A DNA stretch of 64,000 bases from the human T2T-CHM13v2.0 reference genome, Homo sapiens, in the NCBI RefSeq assembly GCF_009914755.1, contig NC_060926.1. One strand, given 5' to 3'. The number at the start of each line of letters is the position of its first letter. Positions within the stretch are counted from its first letter, which is position 1. The notes under the pieces were generated by a model. It did no database searches. It was given only the letters and a program-made list of their open reading frames with translations, and had not been told where the DNA came from. Made by a program: the position numbers and the translations under genes. Shown here in pieces: positions 35,361 to 48,990 of the stretch.

Positions 35361-35960
35361 ATTAAGAAATATGCATGAAAGTTTGACCCCCATGTTATTT
35401 TTTAGTTCCAGTTCAACTTTGTTTTGCGTAACTCTAATTTGCATTCCCATCTGTATTAAAGACAAGTTCTCAAGTAGCAAACTTTTTAACTCTGCCAAGG
35501 CTGAAACTTTTGAGACTAAGTAGAAGGAAGGCATTTTTGACTAAGGTTTTTATCCACTGTGCTCAATTAGCTTAGTCATCTTTTTTCTTCTTAAGATCTT
35601 TGTGGCAGATATAAAGTACAACTCTTTACCTACAATTCTGTACGTGTATGTGTATTATCAGTTGAAGCCTCATACCAGATGCTTTTAGTTATTCAAGATA
35701 TGTGTTCGAAGACATTGATACATGATGTTTATTTTTCTTCTACTTCAGCATACCTGAGGGATACAACATACTCCTGTCAGTAACAGATTCACTGTTACAG
35801 AGATTCTCACTTGAACTAGGAAGCATGCTCTTTAGGAAAGAGGCCTATCAGAATCTAAAAAGGGGAAATGAAGGTTAGAAAAGTACCAGCACCCCCATAG
35901 ATGTTTAATTTGGTACACTCGTCTCCTCCAGCAGCTGAAAATTGCTAGTTTTAAGAGATT

Positions 35961-36281
<321 letters not shown>

Positions 36282-36629
36282 TTAAAGCTTTGTTCATTAT
36301 TTTTATCCTGTGTCCTCTCTGTATATGTACACATGGCTTTGGCTTTGATGGAACTGATTTAACATTATATTCTTGATTTTCATTAAGAGCAATATAATAA
36401 ATACATATACAGCAACATTTATATTTCTTAACTTATAAAATGAACATATGGTTGTCAGAATTCACCATAGATATATAAACACACATAGTTATATATTTTG
36501 TTTAATAGCTGCATTGTGTTTCACTGTGTAAATACAGCACTTATTTAAACATTCTCCTGCTGATGAACATTTAGGACATTTCTATTGTTTCAAACAGTGC
36601 TACATAAATATCCTAAGAGTGGAATTATC

Positions 36630-36840
36630 GACCATCCTGGCTAACACGGTGAAAACCCGTCTCTACTAAAAATACAAAAAATTAGCCGAGCGAGGTGGCG
36701 GGCACCTGTAGTCCCAGCTACTCAGGAGGCTGAGGCAGGAGAATGGTGTGAACCCAGAGGGCGGAGCCTGCAGTGAGCCGAGATAGCGCCACTGCATTCC
36801 AGCCTGGGCAACAGCGAGACTCCATCTCAAAAAAAAAAAA
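36630..36840 (+). mobile_element. 5'-truncated AluY-like
   Basis: Starts at gaccatcctggctaacacgg; perfect 15-nt TSD aagagtggaattatc (36615-36629 and 36841-36855). Confidence 0.93.
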
Positions 36841-37431
36841 AAGAGTGGAATTATCAAATTAAAGCATATCCTCCGCAAGTACCCTTCCAGGTGGAGGCAT
36901 GAATTTCCACTCCTTCCTTAAATTGGTTATTTTATTAAATTCATGCTGTTACTAGATTTATCTGTTACTTATTAGTTCAGTGTCCCAGATAGTAAAATCT
37001 TATTAGTGATTCTGCTCTTAGATAGAAAATGTGTATCTGTCATTTTGAACTTGAATTTTTTTGTTTCAGTAAATAAAACTATGACTCATGATGTTTCCCT
37101 CTTTATTCTGGCAACTCAGATTCTTAGCTAACTTTCTGTTTAATTGTATTCTTTTCTTAGTCTAGATTTTCTTCTACAATTGTTTTATATAACTAAGGAT
37201 ACATCCGTTACTTGACTTCTGTCTTTTTATTTTTGTTTTAATGAATTGTGTTTTATTGAAAGCTATCTCAAATCTTTTTGGAATAATAAAGTGTATACAT
37301 AAACATTATAGAGAAAAACTGTGTTCAGTAGGATTAGACTTCAGTTTCCAAAGTATTTTCATATACATGACCTCATTTGATATTTACAACAATTGTACTT
37401 AGTGGCTAGAACCCAGATGCTTTTGTTTTTA

Positions 37432-37776
<345 letters not shown>

Positions 37777-39286
37777 TCAGTGATGGAACTCAAACTACAA
37801 CCCAGTCTTGTCATATATGGTTTACTATTTCTTTCTTCTTCCCACCTTGAGTTCACTGCTCTGTAGCCAAGAAGAAAGTGGTATGTTAAATACAGTAGGA
37901 TTCACTCATTAACTCTAAATGAGAAATTGTGATTTGTTTCTGTTAACCTTCTGATTCTTTCAAGTAATCATGCAAAATTAATCTTAGAATAGTTCTTACT
38001 CATTTTTCTCCCTGCCTAAGATAAGTAAAACTTCTGGGATTAGCTAAACTAGATCCAGTGTATATGCCAGCATTTTAATTTTCACAAGTGTCATTTTGCT
38101 AAACTAATCACACTGTAGCCATTAACTCTTCTTACTTCTTGATGAGGCAGTAATCAATTTTCCATGTACAGATGTCTCAGGATGTTATTTCCCATAGCTG
38201 GTGGATAACTGATCCCAAACTAATTCCCTTCTAATGGACAGTAACATGCTTAATCAGACATGTTGACTTTCCTGCATTGTTTACTTTTTTCTTACTCAGT
38301 TAAAATCAGTTTTGTAGTTTTATATGTGATATTGTGATTTTTGGTCCTTCTCTTTCTGAAAAGCTTGACCCCTACAGGGAGAATTGTCTAGAGAGGATAT
38401 TGCCACCTATCTAAAAATGCTTCTTCCAAATAAATCATCTAATTTTTAAATTAAATTTTTCTATGTACTGTAGCATAAAGGTGATTTAGTTTTTCATAAA
38501 GTGAAATATCTACTAGTATGAGCAAAAGTTGACTGATTTATTGTTTAACAAATGAATGACAGGTGTGGCTAATTAGGGCATAAACAACAAAGGGTTCTAT
38601 ATGAGAATGCTTGGATATGTATTAAATAATTTAGAAATGACAGTTAAAGTTTTTTTTCTAAATGATGATCTTGAGCTCTGATTTTAAAATTCCATGAGAG
38701 ACTGTTGATAATTAAGTTCCATAGGATATTTCAGTTGTTTCATTGAGTGGATTAGATACCATTAAAGAATTTCTACAAGAGTTAGGGAATACAATGCACT
38801 GATGAACTGCTTTATTAGTTATATGTTAAAACAACCATTTATTGGGTGCCTATTTCATGGCTGCCACTGTGCTAAGTGTATGAAAGTATATAAGAAAATT
38901 CCTACTCTCCAGAAATTTATTTACTAGTGGGACAAGTATTAATACATTATGCAGTTAATGCTAAAATAAAAGAAAGGATCACAGAGTGGAACCTCTTCAG
39001 AACCAAATAACTTCAGAAGGAATTTAACATTTTTCCACTTAAAAAAATTGTTAACAGGCATTATTATTATAAATTAGAATGCAGTTCATAGAGTGCATTT
39101 CTATTGTAGAAGTTGAATATGGGTTTCCTGAGGAGCAAGTTACTTGAATATATTAGACCCTTCTTGGTGATGTTATTTGCTGTAACTTCTCCTAGATTAT
39201 TTTACAAATTATTCTACATTGGATGTAATGTTTTAAAAGTCTTATATGGTATTAAACTTGTAACAATAAAATCCATTGGCTTTTAG

Positions 39287-39469
39287 TTGCCATTACCCAG
39301 GGAGGAGCAATACAGCTGGCTAACAATGGTACCGATGGGGTACAGGGCCTGCAAACATTAACCATGACCAATGCAGCAGCCACTCAGCCGGGTACTACCA
39401 TTCTACAGTATGCACAGACCACTGATGGACAGCAGATCTTAGTGCCCAGCAACCAAGTTGTTGTTCAAG
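39287..39469 (+). CDS. CREB1: CREB1 Q2 activation-domain exon
   Basis: ttttag|TTGCCATT...GTTCAAG|gtaagg; 183 nt; AITQGGAIQLANNGTDG...PSNQVVVQ. Confidence 0.98.
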
Positions 39470-39994
39470 GTAAGGGAATTCAGAATTCACAGGTGTGGTA
39501 AATTCTTCAAAATACTAAAATTTTATAAACTCACAGAAAAAGTAAGTATCATATTGCAAACCACCATTCAAATGTAGTTAACATTTCTTCAATATTGATA
39601 GTATTTTTCATGAACTCTTCCATTATTCCAATTGGACCAAAATGTCATGGCATAAAAACAACTATTTTCAGTTTTTAAAATATTGCATCTACCTTTAACA
39701 TCTTTTGGGGTAGAAGAAACAGGATAGGTTAGAAGGAAAGACCAGGAAATCAGGAGTTAGAAAAGATGGATTCTGTATCTAACTGCATGGATCTGCTATG
39801 AGGCCTTGAGTAAAAGTCAGCTGCTCTGAGCCTCAGGAAAGTGTTTTGTTTTTTGTTGTTGTTGTTTTTGTTTTTTCATCTGTAAAATAAGAGTTGCACT
39901 GAATCTCTGGAAACAATCTTCAGAAGTTCAGGATTCTGTTTCTCTGCTTCCCCCCCCCCCCCCAAAAGAAATTTAAATCTTCTGAGATCATCAG

Positions 39995-40130
39995 TTTTTA
40001 TTATTATTATTATTTTTTTTTTCTAGAGACATGGTCTCACTGTGTTGCCCAGGCTAGTCTTGAACTCCGGGCCTCAAGCAATCCTCCTTTCTCAGGCTCC
40101 CAAAGTGTTGGGATGCCTCTGCACTTGACT
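39995..40130 (-). mobile_element. Alu left monomer (antisense)
   Basis: agagacatggtctcactgtgttgcccaggctagtcttgaactcc...cccaaagtgttggga. Confidence 0.85.
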
Positions 40131-40645
40131 CAGTTTTTGTTTCAAATGAAAACATTATATTCCACAGGATCTTATACCAATATGCAAATCTGCTGCTCTT
40201 TAGAGAAAAAGTAGTTGTTAAATTCTCGACAAATTATAGAAGTTGCTTTTTTTGGCTTTTTTTTTTTTTTTTTTAGTTTTTTTTTTCTGTTTATTTCAGG
40301 AATCTTTATGGATAGCAGTTAACCATTTTTCTTTGGATTTGTTTGAATATTTCAAGAATATAGTTAATGCCAGGTTAGAAATTTGCTGATTGAGGAAATA
40401 ATAATAAATTTGTTTCTGAAAATATTTTTATAAATAATAATGCATTTTGCCTGTGTTAGGTAATGACAGTTGTATCCTTTCACCATGGATAATTGAATAA
40501 TCCTGAAACACCAACTGGAGAGAGTCATAACTTATTTAAAGAGCCCTAATGTTTACAGAATATATTCTGTTATTAAACGAGTATTTGAAAAAGATACTAT
40601 TTTGCTTATTGATGAGAGTAAAACACCTTTTCACTTTACATGCAG

Positions 40646-40708
40646 GTACTCAAAAATTGTAAAGCAGGATGTCAGTGAATTTGAATTCTGAACGTCAGTT
40701 TGAAGATG
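40646..40708 (+). other. CREB1: Alternative 63-nt cassette exon (W-type) with an in-frame stop followed by an in-frame restart ATG
   Basis: cttttcactttacatgcag|GTACTC...GAAGATG|gtaaca. TAA at 40660-40662 and ATG at 40669 are both in the CREB frame. Position and logic match the described testis W exon. Confidence 0.8.
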
Positions 40709-41519
40709 GTAACATGTTTAGTATATAAATCTTTTCCACTCAAACCATACATTTTAATTGATATTAATAATTAATATGAATAATTTTATAAAGACCTTCA
40801 AATTTTTTTAAGTAACATTAGGTTCCTTATTAGGAGAGCATATTATTACGCTGTTTTTAGAAGCAGTTTGACAAATAGTGATTGTGTTTGTTTTTACAAA
40901 TGGTGAATCAGTTAGAAAAATAAAACTTCAGTTTATTTAGCCATTATCATTTACATTAAAACAATATGTTTTTCAAATAATATAATTGGCATCAAGTGAT
41001 ACACTTTTTCATACTTTTAGTTTTGTTTTAATTCAAAATTTATAATAGTTGACCATAATGCTTTATTTTCTTTTTCATTTTGCTATTTTATGAAAAATCA
41101 TGGTCGTTTTTATGTCGTGGCAAGAGTCTACTTGAAATTTTTTAATATGAATTTACCAATATCAAAGGAAGACACTGAGGACTATACTCTATCTAGGAAG
41201 ATCATCCAAGCTGTGCCCCACTTACCTTTTAGACTTAAGGTTGGTAAGCATGTTAACAACAGAATAGAACTGCATTCAAATGAAAAATAAAATGTAAGAT
41301 CCAGCGGACATAGGTTACTGTAATAAATACATTACATTGGGAATTATTTCTTAGTAGTGGCGCGAAGAGTGCTGATTCTTTCAACACTTTAGCCAGAATC
41401 ATCTTTTCTTTTTTGTTTCCCTTTTAGTCCAAAATACATGCTTAGATTGATGATTGATACACATAATTGAATCAAGTTGCAATGTTTCTGTCTTACACCA
41501 TGCTCACTGTTTTTTTCAG

Positions 41520-41670
41520 CTGCCTCTGGAGACGTACAAACATACCAGATTCGCACAGCACCCACTAGCACTATTGCCCCTGGAGTTGTTATGGCATCCT
41601 CCCCAGCACTTCCTACACAGCCTGCTGAAGAAGCAGCACGAAAGAGAGAGGTCCGTCTAATGAAGAACAG
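41520..41670 (+). CDS. CREB1: CREB1 exon encoding the end of Q2 and the start of the basic region
   Basis: tttttcag|CTGCCTCT...AAGAACAG|gtacaa; ASGDVQTYQIRTAP...EEAARKREVRLMKN (inside track ORF 41477..41773). Confidence 0.98.
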
Positions 41671-42469
41671 GTACAAATACTGCATTTACTTAGATTGTTA
41701 TGTGTTAAGTGTGTCTTCACATTCTGCTGGATGTGTATCTTTACATCTACTGGTAATAGGATCTTTGCATTGAATTTTTTTTTTCCAGCAGAATTAATGG
41801 ATCTTGCTAAATTTTCTTTATTTAATAAGCTGCACTTATAAGATAGCTGTATGATTATGGGTCAATCTTTGATCGTGGAGTAGTTTTCTTTCATGCAGTT
41901 TCCCCACAGGAGATTTAATGCACAACTTCCCTATGTCTGCACTCCAACCAGTTAGCCAGGTTATTTAAAAATGGTTTCTTTTCATGTATAGTATTGTTCA
42001 AGAAGATCAAGAGTTTCATATATGTATATTAACTGTGTGTTAAATTTTATCTATATTAAATTTACTTGATATAAAGTAAATGTATGGTGGCCAGTTCATG
42101 TTTTAATGAATAATATCTTTACTCAAAATAATAACATTTTAACACCTAAAGATTCTTCAAAAATATGTTAATTCTAAGAATACCATGTTACGGACAAAAA
42201 TCTTAAAATATAGTCTTCAAAAAAATACTACATTCAAAATCTGTGAAATGTTGGTAAAGCAATTCTCAGAAAGTAACTTTATTGCTGTAAATGATTTTGC
42301 CATCAAAAACAATAAAAATAAGTTACTAAATATTGGTTTAGAACTTTCATATAGAAGTGACCGAGACAAACAAAAGAAAATGAAAATAAGGTTATGTAAA
42401 GGTTTAAAAAGTTTGAAATTAGTGAAAGTATCTCACTGTTCATCCCAGGATACTTCAAACACTGATAAA

Positions 42470-42640
42470 GTGAAAGAAGCAGGGCTTCCAAGTCCTAGCC
42501 CTATCCCTCCATTTTGGGAGAAGGTATTAACCTTCTGTACCTCAGTTTTGTAAAATGGGATTCCAGCACACACCCAAAGTATTGTTGTAAGAGTCAAGTA
42601 AGAGAATCCTTTGAAAGCACTTTGTAACTGTAGTGCTCTG
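42470..42640 (+). mobile_element. MIR
   Basis: ttaaccttctgtacctcagttttgtaaaatggga...gttgtaagagtcaa...gaaagcacttt core. Confidence 0.7.
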
Positions 42641-42742
42641 TTGAAATGGGTTTGTGTGTGTGAGTGCAATTTCACAGCTCAGATCAGCTTTTTTGTTCCT
42701 AAAATATTCTTAGCTGTCACAATGTTAGTAAATTATATCTAA

Positions 42743-43100
<358 letters not shown>

Positions 43101-44646
43101 CTCAAGTGACTTTTATTTGTGCTCCATCCATCTGTGATTTTGAGTATTTAAGTTTTACTAAAGAGAAGCATAAAAGCTGCATTCATAATTCAAATATATT
43201 TTAAAATATAAATTAAAATCTGTAAATAAAAATTAAAATATTTTCAGTTTTTAAAAATGTTTATAAGGAAACCTTTAACTTAAAATTAGAAGCAAGTCTG
43301 ATCAAGAAGTCTCAAGCAAAGGCTGAGTAGTAATATTTAAGACAACACTGCTTACTAAAGAAAAGAGTTCAAAGCAAACATAGGAGCAGAATCAAAAAAT
43401 AAATCCTTTTGATTATAAAAAACAACAGAAGGACTTCTGTTTATGTCTATGTAGTTTGGCTGTGTGGAACAAAATGTTTACCCCCGTTGACTGGCAGACC
43501 AAATTTCCTTTTTGTTCTATTTATTTTTCTTTCAGATTTATGACCACTGCCACCAACAAGTTAGGAACAGGGCACACATAACTACAGTTCCTACCAGGCT
43601 TTGCTTGCCTGAGATCTTCAGGGAAACTACCCGACTTACCATGGACTCTTTCATAACATTACTTTGCTTAGATATAGTTACCCTACTCTTTAAAAAGGAA
43701 ACTTCCCATTGATTCTGCCATAGTTCCTTTTCCCCTTTGTTACCAGATTACTGCTGCTTTTACTTTTTCAGCCTCCATTCACTGGAATCTGGCTTCTATG
43801 ACTAGCATACCGCTCATATGTCTATAAAAAGGTACAAATTCCCTCCCACTTGGCAAATCTAGTATTTTCTTTCATTTAATTTTAACTCTATGGAGTATTT
43901 GACACTTTCGACTTCTCATTACTCTAAACTCTTCCTTGGCTTACTTCACCTGGTTTTCTGGCTACTTTTCAAATTTTTCCTTTGAACCTTCATCCATACC
44001 CATGTATTTCAGGCATTACTTTATATGCTGATACTTCTTAATTCTGTATATTCTGGCTTTGACCTTTCTGCCGAGTGCTATTTATTAAGCTCCAGTATAT
44101 ATTATTTTATTAATTCTACCTACAGTGAGGTAGAAGCTTATCCCCACTTTAGAGGAGGAGAAGGTAAATATCAGAAAATTCAAATATTTTGCCAAAGGTC
44201 ACACACTTTATGAGATTAGTAGAACTGAAATTTGAACCCATATCTGGCACCAAAACCTGTAAACATGCTACTTCACTGATTCCAGTATGCAGCCATCTTC
44301 TGCTGTGCCTCTCAAACCAGAGCACATGGCAGTATGCTAGGGATGTGTAGCCTAAGGAGGTGAACGTGGAGTGCTTTCCTTGAATGTTCATTTTGCTAAA
44401 ATATTTGAGAGAAATAAACCTTATTTTTAAGGTAAAATAAGAGATTTAAAAGAAATTTATACCAGCAGTGGTTTTGCTGCACCCCCAGAGTCTCCATATT
44501 TGGTTTCCTCTTCTAGTGTGGCTATTTCAGTGGAAAAGTTAAGAGAAGCACACTCCTAAGCATGCTCACTAGGATGAATTTCCCTTATGCACATCAAACA
44601 CAGCCTATCTTAAAGTTTGATAGGAAAAGATTGTAATCCAAAAAAT

Positions 44647-46175
44647 TCATCACTATCCAAATTGCCATTTATTTCAAGATGAAGGTAAGTGGTAAACATT
44701 CTAAAAGAAAGTGTAGACAGCTCTTCTGTTAATTTGTGTTGCTACAGTAACAACCACGAATCTCAGTGTCTTAAAATTTCTTCCTCACTTCTGTTACATT
44801 TTGGCAGCTGCAGGTCAGTTGCTGTGGCTCTCCTTCATGTGCCCATCTGGGTCTAGGATCCTGGGCTAGATAGAGCAGCACGTCTTTGAGAAAAGGGCAA
44901 TGCTTTTGAAAGCATTTGCTTGATTTTGGTGAACGTTACATCTACTCGTGATCTGTTAGCCACAGCACAGGCAAGGACAAGCCCAAAGTCAGTGGAGTGG
45001 GAATGAACTCTTCCTACAGGAAGTGGAGAGTGAAAAATTGTGAAAGTAATACAATCTATCACCTTTGCCTTTATGTAACTTTACATTGTAGGGGGATTTT
45101 AAAAGCAGATTCCCTAAAGGCAGAAGTAACAAAGGAAAAGGTTAAATGGATTTGACCATATAAAACTATAAACCCCCTATTTAGGAAAGTAAAAGATAAA
45201 GTAGCAAACATTTTAACAAATAATGTCAGAAGACTAATGAGTTGAGGGATATAAATAGGCAGATTCTTAGAAAATGGATAGGGTAAAAAATTTGAAAAAT
45301 TCTAAAAAAATTAAAATGTATTTGATATGAATTAAAATATATCCATTCAACTATATACAACTAGCCATTAAGAGTAAATAAAGGTGTATTTTTATTAAGA
45401 TGGGAAGATGTTCTCGGACAAAAGCAGGTTACCAAAGAGTATTTACATTACTATCAGGTTTTTTAAATTTATTATTACACAAGTAAAACATGTTCATTAT
45501 AAGTAAATTAAGAAACATTACCTAAAAATTGAATTACTTCTAATTTCACCATCTAAAATGTTAACATTCTAAAGTCAGTTTTTTTACTCAAACCAGTACA
45601 AAGGTAAATATACATTTTTAATATATTTTTAAGTAATTTTAAACTTACAAAGGAGTTGTAAAAATACAGAGTTCCGGATACCCTTCATCCAGCTTTCTCT
45701 AATCTTAGTATATTACATAACCAGGGTACATTTATCAAAAATAAAAGTACATTGGTATAATACCATTAACTGAATTATACATTTTATTTCCCCAGTTTTT
45801 TTACTTACATAATCCAGTTTGGGTACCATATCGCATTTAATTATAGTCTCCTTCAGTCTGTGAAAGTTTGTTTCCTTGTCTTTGATGGCCTTGTAACTTT
45901 TGAAGAGTAGTGATCTGTTTTCTTTTAGAATATCCCTCAGTTTGCATTTGTCCAGTGTTTTCTATGGATAGATTGAGATAATAGGTTTTGGGGAGGAATT
46001 CCACAGAGGTATAGTGTGCCTTTCTCATAACATCACATCCGGGAGCACATACATAATTGGCGATATTAACTTTGATCACTTGGTTAAAGTGCTGTCCAGG
46101 TGTCTCCACTGTTGAGCTACCATTTTTCTCTTTGTCCAGCCCATATTCAAGGGGAGGAGAATTAAATTCCACCTC
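44647..46175 (-). other. Candidate antisense terminal exon, probably an alternative last exon of the convergent neighbour METTL21A
   Basis: Minus-strand acceptor tttctttcatattctcccttttag|GAGGTGGAATTTAA and minus-strand AATAAA at 44673-44668. The gene assignment comes from my recollection of the locus; the 3' end is estimated. Confidence 0.55.
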
Positions 46176-46715
46176 CTAAAAGGGAGAATATGAAAGAAAT
46201 TTGTGGTCATATGTTAAAACCACCACAGTAATTAGGTGTATTTTAGAAGAAGTACTTGGAGGCTATGCAGATATATTCTTTTCTCTTTAAAGTTTTGCCC
46301 ACCAGTTTTAGAATTCATCAGTAAATCTTGTCTACAGTAATTATTACTATTTGCTATTCTAATGGGAATTTTGTATATCTCCATCCCTTCTAATATATTT
46401 AACAACTGAATTCTATAAACAAGATTTGTTTCTTCTCCACATTATTTATTTTATCAATACAGACACATACTTTGGGAGTTATAATCCAATACTATTGTTA
46501 TTTATTATGTTGTTCATATTGTTCTAGCTTTGGCTACTGGGATCTTTTATAAGTGTCTTCTGTGTCCTTTTGACATGCCCCATTTTTTTCTTTTTAAGCA
46601 CATCTTTACTTTCTGAGACTACAAGATTGTCCAGGTTCTCATCTTGTGTTTTCCCTTCCCTAGCCTTGGAATGAGCTGTTTTTCCAATGATCTCTAGTTC
46701 CTTTATTAGAAAATG
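45625..46715 (-). mobile_element. Old L1MC/MD-type 3' region (antisense)
   Basis: aattttaaacttacaaaggagttgtaaaaatacagagttcc...ccttcatccagc; ttggctactgggatctt; ttgtccaggttctcatcttg. Confidence 0.7.
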
Positions 46716-46716
46716 G

Positions 46717-46930
46717 TGGCCAATATGGTGAAACCCTCTCTCTACTAAAAAGAGAAAATTTAGCCGGGGTGGTGGTGCACGCTTGTAATCCCAGCTACTC
46801 AGGCGGCTGAGGCAGAAGAATTGTGCGAACCTGGGAGGTGGAAGTTGCAGTGAGCTGAGATGGCACTACTACTCCAGCCTGAGTGACAGAGTGAGACTCT
46901 GTCTCAAAAAAACAAACAAACAAAAAAAAA
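46717..46930 (+). mobile_element. 5'-truncated Alu followed by an (AT)n(AC)n microsatellite
   Basis: tggccaatatggtgaaaccc...gagactctgtctcaaaa. Confidence 0.92.
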
Positions 46931-47007
46931 ATATATATATATATATACATACACACACACATACACCTTCATATATGCACACATTCTTATTTCTGTATCT
47001 TTATATA

Positions 47008-47297
47008 TAGTTGGCTCTGTTTTCCATAGCCCACATTCAAGAAAAAAAGTAACAATATAACAATTTTTTAAATAATACAAATAAAAAAGTAACCTAGTAT
47101 AACAACTATTTACATAGTATTTACATTGTATTAAATATTATAAGTAATCTAGAGGTGATTTTAAGTATATAGGGGGATTCATATAGGTTATATGCAAATA
47201 TAATGCCATTTTATATAAGGGACTTGAGCATCTGTGGATTTTGATACTCATGAGAGTTCCTGGGACCAATCCCCCACAGATACTGAGGGACAACTAT
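47008..47297. mobile_element. MER2/Tigger-family relic
   Basis: tataagggacttgagcatctgtggattttg...ccaatcccccacagatactgagggacaacta is the reverse of the MER2-like end at 6967. Confidence 0.75.
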
Positions 47298-47689
47298 ATA
47301 CTTAAATAGGAATACACACTAACATATCTGACTCTAAGCTTTAACCACGTGGCTCATTTTAGACTTCTCTTTGCCTGTTTGTAACTTCTTTCTCCGACAG
47401 AAACTTGGCTTATATGTTTGTTTAAATCTACTATACATACAGAAAACTTGTAAGAATTGATAATATGTACCATTGTGAGAAACAGGATTACCAGTTACAG
47501 TGCAGTATTTATATACACTTCTTTTTGTTTTTGGCCTAATAGTATTTAGCAAAAGTGCTGTTTTCTAAAGTTACTTCACTCTGCTCCTTTCTCCACCCCT
47601 TTCAATGAGGTTATATCATATGATTGTAGTACAGTTAGATTTGTCACAATCTTCAGTCTGGGATTTTCTGACATCCCTAAGTTTTTATC

Positions 47690-48990
<1,301 letters not shown>

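Noticed and set aside
35730-35880. Strong acceptor (tttatttttcttctacttcag| at 35749) as another cassette exon
   Set aside because: No convincing partner donor or frame logic; such tracts are common in AT-rich introns.
41477-41773. 98-aa ORF as an independent gene
   Set aside because: It is the CREB1 exon 41520-41670 with intronic flanks in the same frame.
42185-42553. 122-aa lysine-rich ORF
   Set aside because: AT-rich intron running into a MIR, with no recognisable domain or splice context.
45837-46172. 111-aa minus-strand ORF (MEFNSPPL...)
   Set aside because: It starts at a GTG inside old L1 sequence. The adjacent splice acceptor is the better-supported signal and is reported separately.
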